64,000 nt of DNA from the human T2T-CHM13v2.0 reference genome, Homo sapiens (GCF_009914755.1 NC_060926.1), one strand, 5' to 3'; positions 40,201 to 54,539 are shown, counted from the first letter of the stretch. Notes: generated by a model not told the origin, from the letters alone. Numbers and translations: made by a program.

Positions 40201-40702
40201 GTTTACTTAGATACCCAGAGCACTTTGGCCTTTGGTAGCGAGGTTTTTCAGAACTCAAGTTCAGACTGCTGGGATTGGTGATTCTCCTTTGGCTAGGGTT
40301 GGTTTAAATGCTCCATTTGTGGACATGCATTAGTTAAGTTTGGTCTGGTTTTCCTTTCTGCTCTAGCAGAATAGCACTGCCTCACAATTGTTATGTTCAC
40401 AACAGAAGTGCCTCACAATTTCCATGTTCTTCCTCCCCTGCCATCCAGAGACACACTATCTGCACCATGCCTCTGCTTCCAGGGTGTGAGGGAGGGGTGG
40501 AATCCACCATTCAAGACTATTTATTCTATCTTTTTGATTCCTTTTTCAGTGATATGTAGTTAAAACCAGGTACTATGAGGGCTCACCTGATCTTTGGTTC
40601 TTATGAAGATGTCTTTTCTGTGTAGATAGTTGATAAATTGGTGTCCTTGCAGGGAGGATGATCAGTGGAGCCTCCTACTCCACCATCCTGCTCCTCCCTC
40701 TC
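37291..40702 (-). mobile_element. L1M1/L1MA-type 5'UTR, ORF1 and inter-ORF region
   Basis: ORF 38111-38344 is an L1 ORF1p remnant (LQNLENSLKRANLRVIGLKEEVEK). Long GC-richer 5'UTR ending in ggagcctcctactccaccatcctgctcctccctc. Confidence 0.88.
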
Positions 40703-40704
40703 CC

Positions 40705-43390
40705 TAAGAAAACTTAACAAAAAAATAGATAACCTGAGTTGTCCTATAATTATTAATGAAATTGAATTTTTAGCTAAAAATTTTCCCAAACCCAGATGTC
40801 TTCACTTATTCATTCTACAAATCTTGTAAGAAAAAATATATAATAAGTCTTTACACAATATTTAAAAAGAACTCTAAGAGGATTTAAATAAATACAGAAA
40901 TATACCATATTTGTGGATAGAAAAATATAAGATTATTAAAATGTCAATTATCTCCAATTTGATCCAGGGGATTAATGAAATCCTGTTCAAAATTGCTGCA
41001 ATATTTTTGATGGTATGAATAACTAATTCTATAGTATATATCTGGGAAGGTAAAGAAACTAAAATAGCAAAAATAATTCTACCAAAAAAATAATTTTCAG
41101 GACACTCACTGTCCTTCTGCAGGTCTTCATATAAAGTTCCTATAGTTAAATCTATGGCACTGGTGAATGGATAGATCTATAAATCAAAAGGAACTAAAAT
41201 AAAGACCCCAGAAACAAACCCAAGCACATATAGTGAACATATTTATGACAAAGATGCAAAGACAATTTAACAAAGAAGAAATGGAATAACTTTACTCAAA
41301 TTCAGACAGTTATGTGCAATAAATAAGAAAATATAAAACAAAAAAACAAACATCCTTAACTTATACCTCACAGTTTATACTGAACTCAAAATTGATCACA
41401 AACATAAGTATAAAATATACAACTATAAAAATTGTATAACAAGTTATAAGAAATGGTCTGTATGATATTGAATTTGACAAGTTATTACTTCAAAAACATT
41501 ATCCATAAGGAAAAAAAATGTTTTCTAGTTTAAGAGCTTTTGCTGTATAAAATAATTTTATCAAATTTAAAACCTTAAATTTTAGTGCTCATGCTCTTTA
41601 AAAGAAAGTGTTACATTTAAAAAGAGTCTATACACTGGGAAAAATATTTGCAAATTATATGTCTTATAAAACACATATCTAGACTATTAAGAAAAACAAA
41701 ACTCAAACAAACCCCAACAATAACAAAACAACAAGCCAAATAATAAATGAATAGACTATCTGAAGAGACATTTCATCAACAATGATGTTTATGTAGAAAA
41801 TAAATATTGGAAATTATGCTCAGCATCATTAGTCATTAAGAAAATACAAAATCAAATCACACTAAGATACTATGTAAACCTTATTAAAATGGCAAAAACA
41901 AAGTAAAACAACAACAACAACAAACAACAAAATATTGACAGTATAAAATATTGGTGAGAGTATAGAGCAACACAAATTCTCACTTATGTTTTGTTTCAGT
42001 TAAAAATGTCACTGTCAATTTAGAAAATAATTTGACAACTTTTTAAAGGAAACCTTATACACACAGACAGACACACAACACACACACAAACATATGTTTA
42101 TCATAAGACTGAGGACTTGCACCTGCAGATTTTCATCCAAGTGAACTAAAAACTATATGCACACCAAAAACTATATGAGAGTATTTATAGCAGCCTTAAT
42201 TATAATGACCAAAAACTGGAAATAACCTAAATGTCCTTCAATAGCTGAATGTATAAGTTGTGGTACATCCACACAACGAAACATCACTAGGAAATAAAAA
42301 AGATCTCATTATTGATTTATGTGTCAACATGAATGGATCATAACGGCATTTAGAAAAGTGAAAGAACAAAGCCACAGAAGCTATTTACTGTGTGATTCCT
42401 TTATCCGTCATTCTGTAAAGGTAAAACCATAAGCAACAGAAAGTAATAAAAAGGAGCTGACCTTACAACTTTGGAAAGAGTATTTTAACTACATTCTGTA
42501 ACGTTAAAGATAAAAATAAATCCTCTAATTCGTCAATACCTTTGTTTCTCACAGGAATATAGGCTAGAAATTTTGAAAAATGGTTTGTATATATAGTAGA
42601 ATTGAACAAATAAGCAAATAAATTACAGATCATGGGAGCCCCCCCAAATTATTTATTAATCAATGTGGTGATTTGAACACATGTGCACAAATTGTTGGTT
42701 AATCTTCCCTCTAGAAGGTGGAAATTAATTCCTCTCCCCTTGAGTGTGGGTTGTACTTGGTTTCTCATTTCTCATCAATAGATTATGCAAAGAGAAGAAT
42801 AATTCTCTGTATATCAACTAGGGAGACACCACTTTAATCAATGTGAGCATCACCAACAATAACTTATATTGATACCATATACCCCCTGTTTGATTCAATG
42901 AGAGGGCACTTCACATTATGGAGTTCTCCTCTAAAATGTTCAATCCCAATTGAATTTTGACAATACCTCAGAGAAACCCAGACTCATTTTTAAAAATAGC
43001 TGGACTGTACCTTTCAAAACCAAAAAGGTTGTCACTATACACTTTTTAGGATGGCCAAAATCCAGAATGCCACCAAATGCTGATGAAAATGTGCAGCAAC
43101 AGGAACTCTCACTCTTTGCTCCTGAGAATGCAAAATGGTACAACCATTTTGGAAGACAATTTGTCAGTTTCTTACAAACATGTGTTTATTATGTGATTCA
43201 GCAATTGTGGTGTTGGTATTTACACATAGGATTTGAAAACTTATGTCCACAAAAAAAAAACCTGGACACAGATGTCTATAGCAGCTTTATGGATAATTGC
43301 CAAAACTTGGAAGTCACCAATATGTCTTTTAGTAAGTGAACAGATAAATAAACTGTGATGTATCCAGACAATGGCATATCATACAGTACT
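40705..43390 (+). mobile_element. Old L1MC/MD ORF2 and 3' fragments
   Basis: atagataacctgagttgtcctata, aaaatatttgcaaatta, ctggaaataacctaaatgtccttca. L1MC-type 3' text at 42540-43030 and a second late-ORF2 piece at 43030-43390. Confidence 0.75.
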
Positions 43391-43444
43391 TTGTTGGTAA
43401 CTATCAAAAAATGTCTGTCTAATGCTTTAATTTCTTACTTTTTG

Positions 43445-43600
43445 ATTCAGTCCAAGGACAAAGGCCTGAGAACCTGCGTGACTCACTGGTGTAAGTCCGA
43501 GAATCCTAAGAGCTATGAATCTGGAGTTCTGATATCTGAGATAAGGAAAACATGAAATGTCCCAGCCCTAAATAGAAAATTCGCCCTTTCTCCGCCTTTT
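43445..43600 (-). mobile_element. MLT2-type LTR fragment
   Basis: attcagtccaagg...aaggcctgagaacc...ctggtgtaagtcc...aaattcgccctttctccgccttttt. Confidence 0.7.
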
Positions 43601-44372
43601 TAATTGCTGTTGCATTTTGTTTAATAGTATTTATTTTGACATTTAGAAAAATCTTACTTTATAGACTCATATATAATCATACACTAAAACTGTTTATAAT
43701 ATTCAAGTTTCCCTTGTCTATCCCTTTATTGGAAAGACCATCTTTTGTTGAATTCCTCAGGCTGGGTTAATAAATATAATATTCTATAAATTCTTTCTTC
43801 TTTGAAATTGTTTTTCTATTAGTTGTATGATTTAAATCAGTTCATCTTAATGTGACACATATTTTAATTAACTTCATTTCTCATTCTTTTTTTATTGTCT
43901 CCTTGTCTCTCCAAAGGTATATCACAATGTGGTATAATTTAAAGCAATCACTTTCTTTTGAAAACCATTGAAAACAGTTGCCTGTATTTCATTTTTGTTT
44001 ACTGTATTATGTTCTATCCATACTCTCAACAGATTGGATAATGCCAACCTGCACTGGAGCTCCCACTTGCCTGAATCAGCAGCCTGAGAGGCCCCACCAT
44101 TCCTGGGCATAGATTGTGGTACAGCATAGTCTTCTCTGCTCCATACCCAAACAGATATTCAGACACTTGGATAGCTACTCACTTGCATTAGGAGTTTAGG
44201 CCCCTCCCACACTCAATGAAGAGAGTGTGAGGCCAAGGAGGTGTGCCAGCTCTACAAACAGGCACACCTCTAGGTTATTGGTGGCTGCTCAGTGTATTTT
44301 CTCTTGGTGCTGCTGCTTGTGCCTGCCGTCAGGAGACTTGTAAGTGGGCCTTCCTAGTCTGGCCATGCCTAT

Positions 44373-45609
44373 TGTATTCGTCTGTTTTCACGCTGCTGAT
44401 AAGGACTACCTGAGACTGCGTAATTTAGAAAGGAAAGAGATTTAATTGACTCACAGTTCCACATGGGCTGGGGAGGCCTCATAATCATTGTGGAATCTTG
44501 CAGGATCTGACCAGCAGCCCGCAATGCATTGCAGCTCTTTCTTTGTTCCCAGGTGGATCGGCTGGTCAAGAAATAAAAGACACATACAAGATAGTGAAAG
44601 CTGGGTCCAGGGGGGTCACCGCCACCACCAATGCACTGGATATACCAGCATTTATTATTAAGTTTAGTGAGGGCGGGGGTAGGTTAGTGAGGGATTTAGG
44701 GTCATTTGATTATGAGGTGAGATGGTCACATGCGGATGAAGTAATTCTTTAACATAACATTGGTATGCTAAAGTACAGTATACAGAGATAAGAATTTACA
44801 ATATAGTGTGTGCATCAGTAATTTCTAACAGAGCCTTAAAACAGAAACACAGTCTTTCCATAATCTATGATTAGCAAGATATTAATCAGCGGTAACAGTT
44901 GCAACAAAAGCCGGTTACAAACAATCAATACAAACAGGATGTGAAGCTAGACAACCAGTTAGACCAGAAATTCTCAGAAGGGAGTATTAACCCTAAAGAG
45001 GCCTAGAAGAGCCGTGGCAAGATAAGGGCATTTATAGCCCTATCATCTTATCCATATGAACAGGCACCCCTCATGCGTCCATTTATAAGCTCTCCACAAG
45101 GGTTGCATTCCATTCCCAGAGCTATGAACACCGGCTTTTCTGGGATAGGAATCTTGGTGATGTGAAACCTCCCTGACTGCACATCTATTCATAGGCTCTC
45201 TGCAGGAGGAAGCACATCATGCGCTGTTGGCTCATTCTGGCAGTCCAGTCTGGCATTGTCTTTACACAATCCTGCATGCAATTTTGTATTTACAATAATC
45301 AGGAGCATTTCATCTTTTATTCTATAGCAATAGTTTCAAGGGGCTCTCCCTACAGTTGAAGTCAAGGAGGAGAAAAGTCACGTCTTACATGCATGGCAGC
45401 AGGCAAAGAGAGAGAACTTGTGCAGGGTAACTCCTCTTTATAAAACCATCAGATCTTGTAAGACTTATTCACAATCATGAGAACAGCACAGGAAAGACCT
45501 GCCCTCATGATTCAGTTACCTCCCACTGGGTCCCTCCCATGATACATGGGAATTGTGGGAGCTACAATTCAAGATGAGATTTGGGTGGGGACACAGCCAA
45601 ACCATATCA
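44373..45609 (-). mobile_element. THE1 (B/C-like) solo LTR, split by MER11D (pieces 44373-44495 and 45361-45609)
   Basis: tgtattcgtctgttttcacgctgctgataa ... gagatttgggtggggacacagccaaaccatatca. Perfect 5-bp TSD cctat at 44368-44372 and 45610-45614. Confidence 0.95.
44496..45354 (-). mobile_element. MER11D-type ERVK solo LTR
   Basis: Reverse complement begins tgtagggagagccccttgaaactattgcta...aataaaagatgaaatgctcctg. 6-bp TSD gtggaa/gttgaa at 44490-44495 and 45355-45360. Confidence 0.88.
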
Positions 45610-47757
45610 CCTATCATGCCTCACCTCCAGACTGAGCAGGGAGCTCAGCCCACTATGCACTTCACAGATTACCCCATTGCTGCAAGAACTTCTTCTGGTA
45701 AAAGAGGATCAAGTATACATACAGCCACATAGGTCACAGCCAACTTCTTACCCATAAGCATTATTTACTGTCCTGTAGGTCGTACTGCACAGCTCAATAT
45801 AAAACCTGCCAACAGAAGAGCAGAAGCAAATCCCAAAGACCCCACCCAGCATTCTCTACAGTCACACCTCTTAGGGAGGGGGGAAATGAAAAGAAAAAAA
45901 ATATTATGGAGAAATAAAGAAAAAAATTCTATTCACACAAAAGTCATTACAAAAATTAGAAGTGCCAGTGTCTACAGATGCGAAGGAATCAGCAGAAGAA
46001 TTCTGGCACCATGAAAAAAAAACAATGCTGTGACACCACCAAAGGATCACACCAGCTCTCCAGCAATGGTCCCAACCAAAATGGAAACTTAGAAATGATC
46101 AATGAAAATGTGAAGCATGGATTGCAAGGAAGCTCGACAAGATCCGAGACAAGACTGAAAATCAACACGAAGAAACTTTGAAAGCAATCCAGGAAATGAA
46201 GAAAGAGATAAACATCTTTAAAAAATCAATCATAGCTTCTGTAATTGAAAACCTCACTTAAGGAATTTCAAAATACAATTAAATCATTATCATTAAACTA
46301 GACCAAGCAGCAAAAAGAATTTCAGAGCTTGGAGACTAGTCTTTTGAATTAAAACCATCTGACAAAAATAAAAGGAAAATAATTTTTAAAAATCAACAAA
46401 ATCTTCAAGAAATACAGGATTATGTAAAGCAAGCGAACTTATGAATTACCGGCATTCTTGAGAGAGAAGAAGAAAAGGCAAATAACCTGGAAACATATTT
46501 AAGGGAATAATCTAAAAAAAATTTTTTTTATCTTGCTAGAGAGGTAGACATCCAAATACAAGAAATCCAGAAAACACCTGTGAGATACTATTAAAAACAT
46601 GCATCACCAAGGTATTTAGTCACCAGAATGTCCAAGGTCGATGAGAAAGAAAAAGGCTTAAATGCAGCTAGAGAAATTGGTCAGATAATATACAAAGGGA
46701 GCCTCTTCAGGCTAACAGTGGACTTCCCAGCAAAAGTCTTATAAGCCAGGGACCATTCTGAAAGAAAAGAAATTCCAACTAAGAATTTCATATCCTACCG
46801 AACTGAGCTTCATAAAGGAAGGAGACATAAAATCTTTTCCACACAAGCAATCATTAAGGGAAGTGTTACCACTAAACCAACCTTACAAGACATCCCTAAC
46901 AGAGTTCTAAGCAAGGATATAACAGGACGATACCAGCTACCACAAAACACACCTAACCCACTAGCACATGGTCCACAGGCCCTATAAAGCAACTATGCAG
47001 TAGAAACTACAAAGCAATCAACTAATAACATAATAATAGGATTAAAACATCACATATCAATATTATCCTTGAGTATCTTAAAAGACACAGAATGGCAAGT
47101 TAGATTAAAAAAAAAAATAAAAGACCCATCTCTCTGCTGTGTTGAAGGGACACATCTCACACATAATGACGGCCATAAGCTCAAAGTAAAGGATTGGAGA
47201 AAATTCTCTTATGCAAATGGAAAGCCAAAAAAGAGCAGAGGTTGTCGTTTTTATATCAGATTAAACAGATTTTAAACCAACAACAGTAAAAGGAAAAAAA
47301 TGAAGGGCATTGCATAATGATAAAGAGTTCAATTAAACAAGAAGACACATTATAACTATTATAAATATGCGTCCAACATTGGAGCACCAGATTCGTAAAA
47401 ATAAACACTTCTAGACCTGCAAAAAGACCTAAATAGCCACACAGTAGTTGTGGGGGAGGGGCTTTAACACCCCACTGACAGTGTCAGACAGATCATTGAG
47501 GCAGAAAACTAACAAATAAATTCTGGACATAATTTTGACACCTGACCAATTGAACCGAATAGAATTCTACAGAGTACTCTACTCATCAACCACAGAACAT
47601 ACATTCTTCTTATATGCACACAGAACATAGTCTACGATTGACCACTTGCCCAACCATAAAGCAAAGCTTAATAAATTCATTAAAAAATTATTGGTGTTGA
47701 TTTCTTAAAACCACAAAATTAGGTGGAAATTAAACAAATTGCTCCTGAATTACTTTT

Positions 47758-50590
47758 TGTTTTTACTTTTATTTTAGGTTCAGGGGTATATGTGCAGGTT
47801 TTTTAATATATAGGTAAATTGCATGCTATGGGAGTTTGTATACAGTTTATTTTATCACTCAGGTAATAAGCATAATACCCAATAGGTAATTTTTTGATCC
47901 TCTTCCTCCTCCCACTCTCCACCCTCAAATAGACCCAGTCTCTGTTGTTTTCTACTTGTGTTCATGTGTTCTCAATGTTTAGCTCCCACTTATAAGTTAG
48001 TGTGTAAGCAAGTTATACAGTAAAACGAAAAAGACAATGAAGGGCATTCTAAATGTTTAGCTCCCACTTATAAGTTAGTGTGTAAGTAAGTTATACAGTT
48101 ATAAGTTAGAACATGCAGTATTTGGTTTTCTGTTCCTGTGTTAGTTCGCTTAGGCTACCAGACTCCAACTTTATCCATGTTGCTGCAAAGAACATGATCT
48201 CATTATTTTTTTTACGGCTACGAAGTATTCCATGATATTTACCTACCACATTTGCTTTATCCAGTCTATCATTGATGGGCAATTAGGTTGATTCCATGCC
48301 TTTGCTATTGTGAATGTTGCTGCAATAAACAGATGTGTGCATGTGTTTTTAAGGTAGAATAATTTCTATACCTTGGGACGTATAGACAATAATGGGATTG
48401 CTGAGTTGAATGATACCTCCATTTTAAGATCTTTTAGAAATTGCTGCACTGCTTTCCACGATGGCAAAATTAATTTACATTTTCACTGGAAGTGTATAGT
48501 TTCCCTTTTCTCCACAACCTTGCCAAGATCTGTTATTTTTTAAAATATTTTAGTGATATCCATTCTGACAGATATGAGATAATACCTCATTGTGGGTTTG
48601 ATTTGTGTTTCTCTAATGATCAGTGATGTTGAGTATTTTTTCATATGCTTACTAGCCAAGTATACGTCTTCTTTTTAGAAGTGTCTGTTTATGTCCTTTG
48701 CATAATTTTTAATAGGGTTGTTTGTTTATTACTCTTCAATTTATTTAAGTTTCTTATAGATTCTGGATATTAGATCTTCGTTGGATGAATGATTAGCAAA
48801 TACTTTCTCCCATTCTGTAGGTTGTCTGTTTACTATGTTGATAGTTTCTTTTGCTGTGCAGAAACTCTTTAGTATAATTAGGTCCCATTTGTCAATTTTT
48901 GTTTTTGTTGCAACTACTTTTGGCATCTTCATCATGAAGTCTTTGCGAGCACCTATGTCCAGAATGGTATTTCTTAGGATATTTTGCAATGTTTTCATAG
49001 TTTTAGCTTTACATATAAGTCTTTAATTTACCTTGAATTGATTTTTGTATAGAGTGTAAGGAAGGGGTTCATTTTCAATATCCCAGCATTACTTATTGAA
49101 TAGGGTGTTCTTTCCCCATTACTTGTTTTTGTCAACTTTGTCAAATCTCAGATGGTTTTAGATGTGTGGCACTATTTTGAGTTTGTCTGTTCTTTTTCAC
49201 TAGTCTGTGTTTCTGTTTTTGTGCCAGTACCATGCTGATTTGGTTACTATAGCCTTGTAGCCTTGCAGTATAGTTTGAAGTCATTTACATGATGCCCCAA
49301 GGTTTGTTCCTTTTGCTTAAGATGCCCTTGGATATTCAAGTTCTTTTTTGGTTCCATATAAGTTTTAAGATAGTTTTTTTTCTAACTTGATGAAGAATGT
49401 CATTGTTAGTTTGATAGGATTAGTATTGAATGTGTAAATTGCTTCGGGCAGTATGGTAATTTTAACAATATTGATTCTTCTTATCCATGAGCATGGAATT
49501 TTGTTTTATTTGTTGGTATCATCTCTGATTTCTTTGGGCAGTGTTTTGTACTTCTCATTGTAGAGATCTTTCCCCTTCCTGGTTAGCTGTATTCCTACAT
49601 ATTTAATAGTTTTTTTTTGTTATTGTGAATGGGATTACGTTTTTGATTTGGTTCTCAGGTTGGATATTGTTGCTGCTGATTTTGTATAATGATTTTGTTG
49701 TAAAACTCCTAAATTTTGTTGTAGTTGTTTATGAAATTAAAGGGCTTTTGGGCAGAGACTGTAAGGTTTAGAATCATATTGTCTGCAAACAGGGACAGTT
49801 TTTCTTCCTCTCTTTATATTTGGATGCCTTTTATTTATTTCTCTTCCCTGATTTATCTGGCAAGGACTTCCAGTACTATGTTGAATAGGAGTAGTGAGAG
49901 AGGGCATCCTTATCTTGCTCTGGTTTTCAAGGGGAATGCTTCCAGATTTTGCCCATTCAGTATGATGTTGACTGTGGGTTTTGCATACATGGCTCTTATT
50001 ATTTTGAAGTAAGTTCTATCAATGCCTGATATGTTGACGATTTTTAACATGAAAGGATGTTGAATTTCATTGAAAGCCTTTTCTGAATCTATTGAGATGA
50101 TCCTGTGGTTTTCATTTTTAGTTCTTGTTATGTGTTGAATCACATTTATTGATTTGCGTATGTTGAATCTATCTTGCTTCTCAGGTATAAAGCCTACCTC
50201 ATTATGGGGGATTAGCTTTTTGATGTGTTCCTGAATTTGGTTTCCAAGTATTTTGTTGTGAATTTTTGCATCTATGCTCATCAAATATATTGGGCTAAAG
50301 TTTTTGTTGTTGTTGCTGTTGTTTTTGTTTTTCTGCCAGATTTTCAAATCATGATGACACCAGTATTATAGAAGGAGTTTGGGAGTTCTTTCTCCTCAGA
50401 GTTTCCATAGGAATGGTATCAGCTTTTTTATATACATCTGATGGAATTCAGCTATGAATCCATCTGGTCCTGGGCTTTTTCTAGTTGGTAGACCTTTCAT
50501 TACCGATTAAATTTTAGAACTTATTAATGATCTGTTCAGGAATTCAATTTCTTCCTATTGCAATCTTGGGAGACTATAGGTTTCCAGGGA
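47758..50590 (-). mobile_element. 5'-truncated L1PA (PA11-13-like), ~2.8 kb, inserted antisense into the host L1
   Basis: 3' end cttttattttaggttcaggggta...gtgcaggtt. ORFs 49910-50347 and 48741-48998 are ORF2p remnants. 13-bp TSD ctgaat[t/g]actttt at 47745-47757 and 50591-50603. Confidence 0.93.
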
Positions 50591-52395
50591 CTGAATGACT
50601 TTTGAGTAAACAACAAAATTAGGGAAAATATATAAAAAGAAATTTCAAATTAATAATAACACAAACACAACATAATAAAAATTCTGGAATGCAGTAAAAG
50701 CAGTGTTAAGTGGAAAGTGCTAAACATCTACACTAAGAAGGTAGAAATATCTCAAATTAACAATATAACACCACACCTAGTAGAATTAGAAAAATAAAAA
50801 CAAACTAACCCCAAAGCTAGCAGAAGAAACAAAACAACAAAATCAGTGCAGAACTGAACAAATTGATACCCCAAAAATCCTATGAAGAGTATCAATGAGA
50901 TCAAAATTTGGTTTTTTGAAAGGATTAATAGGAGCAACAGACCACTAGCTAGATTAACAAAGAAAAAAAGAGGGAAGATCCAAATAAGCATAATCAGAAA
51001 TGACAAAGGTAACATTACAACTGACAGAGGAAACATGTGCAACTGTAAATACAAAGAATCCTCAGAGACTATTATAAACACCTCTGTGCATGCAAACTAG
51101 AAAATTTAGAGGAAATGGTTAAATTCCTGGAAACACACCACTTCCCAAGACTGAATCAGGATGTATTTGAAACTCTGAACAGACCAATATCAAGCTCTAA
51201 AATTGAATCATTAATAGAAAAAAAACCTACCAACCAAAAAAGGCCTCAGATGAATTCATAGTCAAATTCTACCAGATGTACAAAGAAAAGTTGGTACTAA
51301 TCCTCTTGAAAACATCCAAAAAATTGGGAGGAGAGACTCCTCCTTAACTCATTTTACAAAGTCAGCAACACTCTGATACCAAAATCTGCCAAGACACAAC
51401 AAAAAAATTAAAACTATGGGCCAATATCTCTGATGAGGATAGAGACAAAAGTCTTCAACAAATGACATCAAACTAAATCCAAAAGCACATCAAAAACATC
51501 ATCCAACATGATTAAGTAGGCTTTATTCCTGGAATGCCAGATTGCTTCAATATACACAAATCAGTAAATATGATTCAACATATAAATAGAACTACACAAA
51601 ACCACATGATAATATCAATAGATACATAAAAGTTTTTAAATAAAATTCAACATCTCTTTATGTTAAAAATCCTCAACACACTAAGCATCAAAGGAACATA
51701 TCTCAAAATAATAAGGGATAACTATGACAAATGCACAGCCAACATCATACGGAATGGGCAAAAGCTGGAAGCATTCCCCTTGAGAACTGGAACAAGACAA
51801 AGATGCCCACTCACACCATTCCTATTCATCATAGTACTGGAAGTCCTTGCCAGAGCAATCAGGCAAGAGAAAGAAATAAAAGGTATCCAAATAGGAGAAT
51901 AAGTCAAATTATCTCCCTTCACAGATGACATGCTTCTATTCACCGAAAAACCTAAAGACTTCACCAAAAGACTCCTGGAACTCTTAAACCACTTTAGTAA
52001 GGTTTCAGAATACAAAATCAATGTAAAAAATCAATAGCATTTCTATACAACATTAATATTTAAACTTAGAGCCAAATTAAGAACGCAATTCCATTTAGAA
52101 TAGCCACAAAAAATAAAATATCTAGGATTACATATAAGCAAGGAGGTAAATTATCTCTATAAGAAGAACTACAAAACGCTGCTCAAATAAATCATAGATG
52201 ACACAAACAAATAGAAAAGTATTCTATGAGCATGAATTGGAAGAAACAACATCGTTAAAATGACAATACTACCTAAAGCAATCTACAGATTTAACGTTTT
52301 TCCTATCAAACTACTAATGCCATTTTCCACAGAATTAGAAAAAAATCTGTTCTAAATTCTATATTCTAAGTTATATATTCTAGAAAGAATATAGA

Positions 52396-52730
<335 letters not shown>

Positions 52731-53885
52731 CTAGAAAGAGCCCAGTTTCAGTTTCAGAGTATACCAGAAAGTTACAGTAACCAATACAGCATGATTGATA
52801 CTGGTAAAATAAATAAAATAAAATAATAAAATATAAAAGCTAAATTTAAAAACAGACAAATCGACAAATGGAACAGAAAAGAAAACCCAGAAATAAAGCT
52901 CGACACTTACAACCTCTGTCCTTCAAAAAAGTCAACAAAAATCAGCAATGGGGAAAGCAATTAATAAATGGTGCTGAGACAACTGGCTAGTCATATAGAG
53001 AAGAATGAAACCAGACCCCCGCCTTTTACCATATATAAAAAATAAACGCAAGGTGCATTAAAGATTTAAATGTAAGACCTAAAACTATAAAATTACTAGA
53101 AGAAAACCTGGGAAATAACATTCTGGATATCACACTTCTCAAAGAATTTATGACTAAGTCCTCAAAAGCAATTGCAACAAAAAGAAAAATCCGCAAGTGG
53201 GTCCTAACTAAACTAAGAGCTACTGCACAGCAAAATAAATAATCAACGGAGTAAACAAACAATATACAGAACGGGAGGATATATTTACAAACTATGTGTC
53301 TAAAAAGGGTCTCATATTCATAATCTACAAAGAACTTAAACAATTGTAGGAGGAAAAAACAAATAGCCCCATTAAAAAAGTAGGGGAGGCACACATACAG
53401 ACACTTTTCCAAAGATTTACAAGCAGCCAACAAAGATCTGAAAAAAAAAGTTCATCATCACTAATCATCAAAGAGATGCAAATGAAAACCATAATGAGAT
53501 ACCCTCTCACATAGATCAGAATGGCTATTATAAAAAAGTCAACAAAGCAACAGATGCTGGTGAAGCAGCAGAGAAAAGGGAATACCTATATACTGTTGGT
53601 GGGAGTGTATAATTAGGTCAGCCACTGTGAAAAGACACATATATTCTCCCATTCTGCATATTGTTTGTTTACTCTGTTGATTATTTATTTTGGAGATTTC
53701 TGAAATAACTTAAAACAGAATTATCATTTGACTCAGCAATCTCATTCCTGGGTATATACCTAAAGGAAAATAAATCGTTTTATCAAAAAGACACATGAAC
53801 TTGTATGTTCATCATAGCACTATTCACAACAGCAAAGACATGGAATCAACTTAGGTGTCCATCAGTGGTGGGTTGGATAAAGTAA

Positions 53886-54046
53886 ATTATATATATATAT
53901 GGCATATATATTATATTTTATATTATATATAAATATATAAGTATTATATGTAAATATAAGTATAATTATATTATATATAAATATATATGTACTATATATA
54001 AGTTATATATAATTCATATATATATACACACACATACACACACATA
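53886..54046. repeat. (TA)n-rich degenerate microsatellite ending in (CA)n
   Basis: Directly visible, expanded inside the L1 3' region. Confidence 0.9.
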
Positions 54047-54539
54047 CCATGGCATACTACATAGCCATCAAAAAGAATAAAAATCATGTCCTTTGAAGCA
54101 ACATAGATGGAGCTGGAGGCCATTATCTTAAGCAACTTAATGCAAGAACAGAAAATACCACATCTTCTCACTTATAAATGACACTTAAGCATTGGGTACA
54201 TGTACTTAAAGATGGAAACAGTAGACTCTGGGGACTCTTAAACGGGGCAGAGAGGGAGGACGGTAAAGGCTGACAAACTACTTATTGGGGACTCTGTTCA
54301 CTATCTGGGTGATGAGATCCTTCCTACTCCAAGCCTCGGTGGTACAATATACCATGTAACAAACCTGCACATGCATCCCTTACTCTAAAATAAAAGCTAA
54401 AAATTATAAAAAAGTAAATTCTATGTACCAAATTTATGTAAAATAACTTTAAAAAATGGTAAGTTATACTAATACTTCCTACTTCAGCCATTATCTCTTG
54501 ATTCACCTTTTACTTCCCAAATTAGATATTTTTATTTCA

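Noticed and set aside
42950-43339. 129-aa ORF
   Set aside because: Spans a junction of two L1 fragments and includes a degenerate ORF2p C-terminal piece.
49910-50347. 145-aa reverse-transcriptase-like ORF
   Set aside because: A fragment of L1 ORF2p in a truncated, stop-riddled element. It is not a retron, DGR or new RT system.
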